A DNA stretch of 64,000 nucleotides from Octopus vulgaris (taxonomy: Eukaryota), in the NCBI GenBank assembly GCA_951406725.2, contig OX597829.1:16926001-16990000 (forward strand). The letters run 5' to 3'. The notes under the pieces are model-generated. The model saw only the letters and a program-made list of their open reading frames with translations, was not told where the DNA came from and ran no database searches. Shown piece by piece: positions 55,141 through 64,000 of this stretch (the first letter of the stretch is position 1; each line of letters begins with the position of its first letter). Both the position numbers and the translations under genes were made by a program.

Positions 55141-56751
55141 CAGTAGTTTTATTTTAATAGCGTGCTTTCACTTCACTACCGAGCGCAGCTCTGTGTGCCT
55201 TGGGTATGTGCTGTGATTTGTTGTGATGCTCTGATGGTTATTGTATGGAAAGTGTTCTGCGTAGGATGTGTGCAGTGCCTAGTAGTGCAATTTTCTGTAT
55301 GTTATATGTGTTTGTAAGTCCTGGTGTTTTTGTTATGTATTTGTCTGAATATTTTTTTATCATGCCTAATGCACCTACTATGATAGGAATTGTTTCTGTT
55401 TTCAGGTTCCACATTCTAGTTATCTCTATTTCCAGGTCTTTGTATTTTGAGAGTTTCTCCATTTCTTTTAGAGACACGTTGTCATCTGCCGGTATTGATA
55501 CATCAATTAGAAAGCATTTTTTTTCTTCATGATCTCTGACAACTATATCTGGTCTGTTGGCCTTAATTTCTCTATCTGTGTGTATCGGCATATCCCAGAG
55601 TATGGTTGCTTTCTCGTTTTCTGTGACCTTTTCTGGTGTGTGCCTATACCATCTTTTTTCTGTTGTTATTCCATAATGTTGGCATAGCTTCCAATGTATG
55701 TAGGTTCCAACTCTGTCATGTCTGTGAATATATTCCTTCTTAGCCAGGACTGGGCAGCTAGAGATAATATGATTTATTGTTTCTTGTCCATCTCCACATA
55801 TTCTGCAGTTACTTGTAATATTTCTTTTCATTACATGTTTTTGGTAATTTCTGGTGGGGAGGCTTTGGTCTTGTGCTGCAATTAAAAATCCCTCTGTTTC
55901 TGCTTTGAGTCCTGAGCTTCTCAACCATTGCTGGGATTTTTCTTTGTCTATTTCTTTTGCGTTTAGTTTAGTCCAGTATTTACCATGAAGGGGCTTTTCT
56001 TGCCATCGTTTTATCATGGCTCGTTGCTGTTCTATTTTTAGTTTGGATTTCATTTGTTTTATAGCTTTTGTTGTTTCTTCATCATCTTCTTCTTCTTCTT
56101 TGTGTTTATTAGGTGGTATGATTTCTTGTTTGTATTTGTCAGCTTCCTTAAATACTGAGAACAGTTTTTTGTTTTGCTCGTGTTTTGCTGCTATCTGGAT
56201 CAGTTTTCCTTCCTTCTGAAGTAGGTATTTTTGCAGTCCTATGGTGGTTATTTTATAGTAGTTTTCCAGCTGTATAAGGCTTCTACCACCTTCTATACGT
56301 TGTATATATAGTCTTTCTATGTCAGATTTTGGGTGATGCATCCTAGATCCTGTCATTATTTTTCTTGTTTTCCTATCTATTGTGGACAGTTCATTTGGTG
56401 TCCAGTTAAGGATATTGTAGCTGTAACTTATAACTGGGACAGCTAAAGTGTTGATACCTATTATCTTGTTTTTAGCATTGAGCTCTGTTTTTAGTATTGC
56501 TCTAACTCGTCTATAATATTCTTTTTTTATTTTCTCTTTCATTTGTGTGTGTTGTGTCTTATCTAGTTCATGGATTCCTAAGTATTTGTAAGTTTGGCTT
56601 TGGTCTAATTCTTTTATTTCATTGGTTTTATCTAGTGTGATGTTGTTACTCTTAACTAGTTTTCCTCTTTTCATGGTTACTTTGGCGCATTTTTCTAATC
56701 CAAATTTCATATCTATTTCTTTGGTAAATCCATGAACTGTCTTTAATAGTG

Positions 56752-56752
<1 letters not shown>
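55141..56752 (-). mobile_element. R4/Dong-clade non-LTR retrotransposon, 5'-truncated, young
   Basis: Uninterrupted ORF plus ~95-bp 3' UTR, flanked on both sides by (ATT)n. Confidence 0.95.
55238..56710 (-). CDS. Partial retrotransposon protein: RT C-terminus/thumb, CCHC zinc knuckle, restriction-like endonuclease
   Basis: MKFGLEKCA, YKYLG, MHHPKSDIERLY, CRICG..ETINHIISSC, RHDRV, NRPDIVV..IDVSIP..EK..KY; frame open to the 5' truncation at ~56752, lacks YxDD. Confidence 0.9.
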   Translation of the reverse strand: MKFGLEKCAKVTMKRGKLVKSNNITLDKTNEIKELDQSQTYKYLGIHELDKTQHTQMKEKIKKEYYRRVRAILKTELNAKNKIIGINTLAVPVISYSYNILNWTPNELSTIDRKTRKIMTGSRMHHPKSDIERLYIQRIEGGRSLIQLENYYKITTIGLQKYLLQKEGKLIQIAAKHEQNKKLFSVFKEADKYKQEIIPPNKHKEEEEDDEETTKAIKQMKSKLKIEQQRAMIKRWQEKPLHGKYWTKLNAKEIDKEKSQQWLRSSGLKAETEGFLIAAQDQSLPTRNYQKHVMKRNITSNCRICGDGQETINHIISSCPVLAKKEYIHRHDRVGTYIHWKLCQHYGITTEKRWYRHTPEKVTENEKATILWDMPIHTDREIKANRPDIVVRDHEEKKCFLIDVSIPADDNVSLKEMEKLSKYKDLEIEITRMWNLKTETIPIIVGALGMIKKYSDKYITKTPGLTNTYNIQKIALLGTAHILRRTLSIQ

Positions 56753-56818
<66 letters not shown>

Positions 56819-56824
56819 GCCGAC

Positions 56825-56993
56825 GGGCATATGGCGTAGTGGTTAAGAGCGCGGGCTAGTAACCTCACGATTCCGAGTTCGATCCCAGGCAGTGACCTGA
56901 ATAATAAGATGAGGACAAATATCCGTCGAATGTAAATAATGTAAACAATGTAAATAATAGACATAATTCCTAATCTCTTAAATATAGATCTGT
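56825..56993 (+). mobile_element. SINE family E, head joined to tail, hammerhead body missing
   Basis: gggcatatggcgtagtgg...gagttcgatcccagg then aataataa-gatgaggacaaatatcc. Confidence 0.8.
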
Positions 56994-57460
56994 GCGACAG
57001 TAATATATTTTGGTTTTTATCATAAGACAAGATGGATTACTTGAAGAAAAGTTCTTCGTAGACTTTCGATTATTCACCGGACTTGCCGATTAAAACAGCA
57101 ACACAATTTTTATTTCGAAGTTCTTCACTCGGAAACCCAATTCAAATTGAATTATATGCCATAAATGTTCGCACAACCTTACTTCCAGAACCGATTCTTT
57201 CGATGGAACTATATTTGCTTGTATCGCGATATCTTACAGAGATAGGTTTTCAGACAGCCGTTCGAGGTAAAAACGCCTCGTAACTTGTCACCAGAATCGC
57301 ATTCCGTCATTTGGTACAGCCCAACTAATATTGTAAATAATTTCGATCATTTTATAGTCCATCCACTACTATAAGGAGTGAAAGCTGCGTACAATATACT
57401 ATTTTCCGCCTCTGTGGATAGCCATTTTTAGACCTTCTCTATGAATAATGTTAGATATAC

Positions 57461-57868
57461 GCGTAGGAGTGGCTGTGTGGTAAATAGCTTGCTTATGATC
57501 CACATGGTTCCGGGTTCAGTCCCACTGCGAGGCACCTTGGGCAAGTGTCTTCTACTATAGCCTCGGGCCGACCAAAGCCTTGTGAGTGGATTTGGTAGAC
57601 GGAAACTGAAAGAAGCCCGTCGTATATATGTATATATATATGTATGTGTGTCTATGTTTGTCTGTCTGTTATTGTCCCCCCAACGTCGCTTGACAACTGA
57701 TGCTGGTGTTTTTACGTCCCCGTAACTTAGCGATTCGGTAAAAGAGACCCATAGAATAAGTGCTGCGCTTACAAAGAATAAGTCCTGGGGTCGATTCGCT
57801 CGACTAAAGGCGGTGCTCCAGCATGACCGCAGTCAAATGACTGAAACAAGTAAAAGAAAGTAAAAGAA
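57461..57868 (+). mobile_element. SINE family B, full length
   Basis: A box tggctgtgtgg, B box ggttcagtcc, CORE-like ccttgggcaagtgtctt, internal TA/TG microsatellite, gtaaaaga tail repeats. Confidence 0.92.
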
Positions 57869-58809
57869 ATACCTTGAAAATTTTATCTCGGCTCTTTGTG
57901 TCTCGGTTTCAAATTTCGTTGAGATCACTTTTGCTTTTCATCCCTCAAGGGTTGATATATAGAATACGAATCTACGATTGTGGTCTTGACGAACTTTTTG
58001 AGCGTTCAGACGGGATCCTTTTTCCGCTTCTTTGAGTTCCCCTTTTAAACTCCTCTGTGTCCTTCTAATAAACTTAATCAGTCACACGGTTTGACACTAC
58101 CACTCCTTGGTCTTTGGGTAGCTTTAACAAAGTTCATCCAAACAATTTGGCCCGGTCTCCAATATGATAGTGTTTTCGTCCCGCTCTCGAACAACATAGC
58201 TGTAAATATTTCACTGCGGTATTGTATTATACAAGAAAATTAGATCTCTTTTATAACACACATTATGATGTTTGTATTACGGCACAAAATATCAAATATA
58301 AATGGTTTAATTTCATCTAACATTTGATAACCGTGCTGCCTGCACCTTATAATATTATTATGCTGTAGCGCAACATGGCATCCAAGGAATGACTTTAAGC
58401 TGCATCCGATTGGTGGGCCTGGTACGAGAATTCCCGAATTTTGAGGAGTGTAGAACTACCTTTCAGACGCTATTTTCCCCTGGTCTATATCTTGTTTGAG
58501 CCCCAGTTTGGGGTTAACTAACATGTGAATCATTGGGAGTGAACAACCACCAGCTTTAGTTAGAACTTCTTACTAGAAGAAGGCAAACTCGAATGAAATA
58601 TTTTATGTGCTGTAGGTTTCTAGTCGTCTCAATCTTTCTTCTGCCGCAGGTTTTACAAGTAATTGGGCTGAAAATGGGTTTAGTATTGTGCAACACTTAC
58701 CTGTCTCGAAATAAATTAACTCAGGAACTTCTTGGACCATCGGAACGGTTCGGGAGGTGGTCCTACTCGGTCACGAATATCATAACATATCATAATACGA
58801 TATTTGTTT

Positions 58810-58995
58810 TCTACTCTTCTCCTCTGGAAGCCATCTGCTCGCGATACCAGAGGGCGCACACTCTCCTACCCTGATGTAATCTCCGGGGATACATGAATCC
58901 AGCAACAGGACCTCCGTAATGCTATGATGAACCGTGGAGTCTGGCGTAACATAGTAAATTCCATTGTCTCGACCACGGTCGAACAATGATGATGA
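58810..58995 (+). mobile_element. RTE-like LINE 3' end
   Basis: LLLWKPS..RGRTLSYPDVI..DLRNAMMNRGVWRNIV followed by (tga)n. Confidence 0.7.
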
Positions 58996-59049
58996 TATTA
59001 TAACATAGTTTCAAATATCAACAGAAGTTCAGCAATTTCAGGAGAAACA

Positions 59050-59216
59050 GGAAGTCAATTACATTTATTCCAGTACTTGACTAGTATTTATTTTATCGAC
59101 ATCAAAAGGACGAAGGACAAAGTCGACCTCGGCTGGATTTGAACTCGGAACGTGTAGACGGACGAAATGTCGCTAAGCATTTTACTCAACATGGTAATGA
59201 TTCAGCCATCTAGCCG
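59050..59216 (-). mobile_element. SINE family A-related, diverged
   Basis: aaagtcgacctcggc..gatttgaactc..gacgaaatg..gctaagcattt. Confidence 0.7.
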
Positions 59217-59253
59217 CTCTAGTGTACAATCTTATAATGTCAGTCTGATAACA

Positions 59254-59556
59254 TTGTTTGTTCCTTCTCGAGCCATTCCTGGCTCATAAGAGCCGGTTTC
59301 CCGGTTTTCTTGGCGTATAGGTTCCCCACCTGGACGGGATGTCGATTCGTTGCAGGTGAGCTGCAAGATGCAGGAGGAAAGAGTGAGAGAAAGTTGTTGC
59401 GAAAGAGTCAGCAGAAGTTTCGCCATTACTTTCTGCCGGAGCCGTGTGGAGCTTAGGTGTTTCGCTCATAAACATATACATCACCTGGTCTGAAATTCGA
59501 ATCCGCGATCCCTCGACCGCGATTCCGCTGCTCTAACCACTTGGTCATGTGCCTCC
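59254..59556 (-). mobile_element. SINE family C, full length, tail type 3
   Basis: Minus strand ggaggcacatgaccaagtggttag head through ggctcgagaaggaacaaacaa. Confidence 0.88.
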
Positions 59557-59923
59557 ACTGACTTTTAACATACATGAGTATAATCGGTATGTTATAAAAA
59601 TTCAATACTATGAGATACGTGTTGCAACGACCAGCGTCGTGATAAATGCGCTATAACACGGAATGTACTGTTAGACCCGTTTCGTTCCTTTTGTCCGTGT
59701 CTGCTAGGATTTTGTCTTTGTGTTTTATTGTTGCATTTGTTGTTGTTTTGTATTGTGTGTGTTTTTTTAAAATTTTTATATTTTTGTTTTGTTTTGTTTT
59801 GTTGTATCTGTATATGTACTTTTAAAAGTACAGTTAATTGTATAACATAAAGCGAACAACTGGATATGATGTGAGAGAAACGAGGAGACAGCGCAAGTTA
59901 GAAAGGTGCGGAGAAACAAAGAA

Positions 59924-59956
<33 letters not shown>

Positions 59957-60600
59957 CATATACATATATGTATATATGGAAGAGGGGTAGAGATAGGGGG
60001 AGCGAGAGTGAGAAAGGGAAAGAGGTGTCAAAACCTATCTAAAATAGAAAAAGAGCAGTTTTTATCTGAAGATAGAGAAGACTATTCTGAGAAAGAAAAT
60101 ACTAATGGAGGAAGGAAGCAATGTATATATTAAAAACAACAACAAAAACAAAAACAAAACAATGGAGCTGAGAGAGATTAAATAGAGAATGTAGAGAGAG
60201 GTTGGGGAGAGAAAGAAAGAAAGAAAGAGATAAAGAGAACAGTGTGGTAAGGGAGAAAGAGATAGTAAAAAATGAGAAAGGCAGAGAAGAGAAAGAAGAA
60301 GAAGAAGAAGAAGAAGAAGAAGAAGAAGAAGAAGAAGAAGAAGAAGAAGAAGAAGAAGAAGAAGAAGAAGAAGAAGGATGAAGAAGAAGAAGAAGAAGAA
60401 AAAAAGAAGAAAGAAAGAAAGAAAGAAAGAAATGAGAGAAAAGAAAAAAGGGGTGAGAAGGGAGAAGAGAAGGGAGAGGTGGACGGTGGGAAGGAAGGAG
60501 AGAGAGTGCGTATTCTAATGAAATATGAAGATAAGACAAAAAAGAAGGAACTGAAACACATTAGTAGACAATGAATAATAAACTGGTCTCGAGGAACAAT

Positions 60601-61180
60601 GGTGTGTGTGTGTGTGTGAGTGAGTAAGTGTATGTGTGAGTGAGTAAGTGTGTGTGTGTGTGTGAGTGAGTAAGTGTGTGTGTGTAAGTGTGTGTGTTTG
60701 TGTGTTTGTGTGCGTATGTTTGTGTGATTGTGTGTGTATGTTTGTGTGTATGTGTGTGAGTAAGTGTGTGTGTGTAAGTGCATGTTTGTGTGTGTGTGTG
60801 TAAGTGTATGTTTGTGTGTGTGTAAGTGTGTGTGTTCTTGTGTGTAAGTATGTGTGTTCTTGTGTGTAAGTGTGTGTGTTTGTGTGTGAGTAAGTGTGTG
60901 TGTGTGCATGTGTGCACGTGTGTGTGTATGTGTGTGCGTCTGTGCGTGTTTGTGTGTATGTGTCAATGTGAGACTATGCATAAGTAAGTGTGTGCACGTG
61001 CGTGCGTTGTGTACAGGTGCGTGCGTGTGTACACGTGTGTCTGTGTGCGTGTACGCGCGTGTGTGTCAGTGTGAGGCTATACATACGTATGGGTGTGCAC
61101 GTGTGTGTATGTGTGTGCATGTGTGTGCGCGTGTGTGTGCGTGTGTGTGTGTATGTGTGTGTGTGTTTTGTGTGTTTATA
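60601..61180. repeat. (TG)n-derived complex repeat
   Basis: Direct observation. Confidence 0.9.
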
Positions 61181-61351
61181 TGAGCGTATACATAAACATG
61201 TATGCGTTTGAGTATGTGTATGTATGTCTGTGCGTGAACATTTGTATGTGTTAAATATACTGCGAAACAGTGCCCGTGTGTTTACATATCTATTGGTGTT
61301 TGTGTGTGAGTGTGTATGCGTGAGTATATATATATATATGTGTGTGTGTGT

Positions 61352-61545
61352 GGAGGCGCAATGGCCCAGTGGTTAGGGCAGCGGACTCGCGGTCATAGGA
61401 TCGCTGTTTCGATTCCCAGACCGGGCGTTGTGAGTGTTTATTGAGCTAAAACACCTAAAGCTCCACGTGGCTCCGGCAGAGGGTGGTGGCGATCCCTGCT
61501 GTACACTTTCACCACAACTTTCTCTCATTCTTTCTTCTGTTGGCC
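61352..61545 (+). mobile_element. SINE family C, 3'-truncated
   Basis: Matches 8751-8935. Confidence 0.88.
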
Positions 61546-61912
61546 TCCTCCTCTTCTTCTTCTCCTCCCCCGCATACCCCCTTCTTCTTCTTCTTCTTCT
61601 TCTTCTTCTTCTTCTTCTTCTTCTTCTTCTTCTTCTTCTTCTCTCTCTCTCTCTCTCTCTCTCTTTGTGCAATATAATATTTTTGGAATAAATTATAAAT
61701 TATCGTAAATCTAGCATCACGGTAACAGAGAACACAGCGGTGTCAACCCGTTCAGTTGATTATGCTTATTACTACTTCTCCAAGAAAAAGAATATGAAAA
61801 CAAAAGTAAAAAAAACAACAATAACAACAACAACAAAAACATAGCAAAAGCCAAACGTGGTTTTGGCAAAAGGCACCATTATTTTCCACCATTATTGATA
61901 GAAATCTGCCAG

Positions 61913-62303
61913 CTCTCCGAACGAAATACTTACCGGTGTTTCGTCTGCCGTTACGTTCTGAGTTCAAATTCCGCCGAGGTCGACTTTGTCTTTTATCCTT
62001 TCGGGGTCGATTAAATAAGTACCAGTTACGCACTAGGATCGATATAATCGACTCAATTCCTTTGTCTGTCCTTGTTTGTTCCCTCCGTGCTTAGCCCCTT
62101 GTGGGTAGTAAAGGAATAGGTATTTCGACTGCCGTTACGTTCTGAGTTCAAATTCCGCCGAGGTCGACTTTGCCTTTCATCCTTTCGGGGTCGATAAATT
62201 AAGTACCAGTTACGAACTGGGGTCGATGTAATCGACTTAATCCCTTTGTCTCTCCATGTTTGTCCCCCTCTGTGTTTAGCCCCTTGTGGGCAGTAAAGAA
62301 ATA
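61913..62303 (+). mobile_element. SINE family A head-to-tail dimer
   Basis: Two 5'-truncated copies; agaaatctgccag direct repeat at 61900-61912 and 62304-62316. Confidence 0.85.
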
Positions 62304-62416
62304 AGAAATCTGCCAGTACTGACGACAAAAGCGAAAAAAAAACAACTTCTTCCAGTGCCCCCCTCTTGTACAAGACCATTTCCTGCAGTGATTATGGTAC
62401 ATTTGTTTCTTTATAT

Positions 62417-62460
<44 letters not shown>

Positions 62461-62498
62461 TATGTATGTATATATATATATATATATATATAAGTATG

Positions 62499-62577
<79 letters not shown>

Positions 62578-62579
<2 letters not shown>

Positions 62580-62635
62580 AGACGCAATGGCTCAGTGGTT
62601 AGGGCAGCGGACTCGCGGCTTCGATTCCTAGACCG
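62578..62635 (+). mobile_element. SINE family C head fragment
   Basis: ggagacgcaatggctcagtggttagggcagcggactcgcgg. Confidence 0.75.
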
Positions 62636-63179
62636 TAAACTCAAATTATGTACATTATATATAGATGTGTGGTGTGTATGTATGTGCATATATGTGTGTA
62701 ACGCTATGATAGTTTTCCAAATTGTTAACAATATAGTTTGATCTTAACTAAAACGCAAGTGGCCATTGAGTTAAGAAATTGTAGTCATAAATTAACAATC
62801 TTAAACTAAACAGTCCTAGTTTCCGTAAGAGCAAAATTACAAACCGTATCCCGAAATCAATGGTCATACTTTGCAATTTCCGTAAGGATGAAATTCCTTA
62901 TGACATGGTAACTAACACGGGAGATACCTGTATGTTTATTATTAGAATACACTGACACATGTACCGAGAGAATGAGATTTAAGTATATGTGCATATATGT
63001 GCTTGAGGGAGAGAGAGAGAGGGGGGAGATAGAGAAGGAGAGAGAGATAGAGAGGGAAAGGGAGAGATAGAGAGGGAGAGAGATAGAGAGAGGGAGAGAG
63101 AGATAGAGAGGGAGAGAGAGTTAGATAGAGAGAGAATGTCTGTGTGCATATGCGCGTGTGTGTGTGAGTGTGTGAGTGT

Positions 63180-63217
<38 letters not shown>

Positions 63218-63276
63218 GAGAACGAGAGAGCAATAGATAGGCAGTTAGCTAACCAACTAAATAGATATATGATTAA

Positions 63277-63519
<243 letters not shown>

Positions 63520-64000
63520 AGTGTACAACAGCCTGTTGAACTCAAAGACTCCGTCGTGGGTACGGTTTATGTGTATTCCGTCCTTCCGTCTGCGTCTTGA
63601 GAGAGAAAATGTCTTTTTCATACACTGCTAAGGAAGAATGACTGGCCAAACATACTGATTTACTTTGTCAAGCCAGTTAGACTAACTGATGGCCTTTGTC
63701 AGCAGATGTGGAGAAACAGCAATACGGTTGAAATTATTTTATTTGCAGAACAAACAGACTAGAATGATTTGCATGTGTGCAGAACTCGACACGATTAGCC
63801 ATTTGTGGATCCACAAGGGATATCATGAAATACCTGAAAATTCCTTTGATCGGTCATTGCACCAGAATGAATCCGCGGTTGTCCATGTATGTATAAAATA
63901 TAAACACTCGCACACGTAATAGCGCACACGTGTTCAAGTACACAAGCATACGCAAACATAATCACATACACACGCGCATTTGAAGTATATGCGTTTCCGT

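Noticed and set aside
56825-56900. Functional tRNA genes (also 8751, 33611, 36512, 61352)
   Set aside because: Imperfect acceptor stems, variable anticodon, continue into shared SINE bodies

Overview
AT-rich animal intergenic or intronic DNA, saturated with microsatellites. The SINE, LINE and microsatellite repertoire suggests a coleoid cephalopod (Octopus-like); this is inference. No intact host gene is evident and almost all ORF-track entries are microsatellite translations. Contents: at least five tRNA-derived SINE families, which I label A-E. Also present are several R4/Dong-clade RLE retrotransposons sitting in (TAA)n tracts (one with a 490-aa open ORF) and relics of RTE, L1/Tx1 and other RLE LINEs. 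DNA elements include maT/mariner/pogo, hAT and Merlin-like elements with TSDs, and non-autonomous Helitrons. There is one 5S rRNA pseudogene and a decayed FBXO11-like F-box exon. Most notable: (1) a tRNA-headed SINE carrying a Penelope-type minimal hammerhead ribozyme plus an internal (AAT)n hit by Dong LINEs; (2) further hammerhead motifs; (3) a near-identical ~495-bp tandem array with a fold-back inverted copy between (TA)n tracts; (4) (TA)n-centred palindromes; (5) a structured RTE 5' leader. Coordinates were read by eye (a few bp error possible) and family names come from motif recognition, not database searches.
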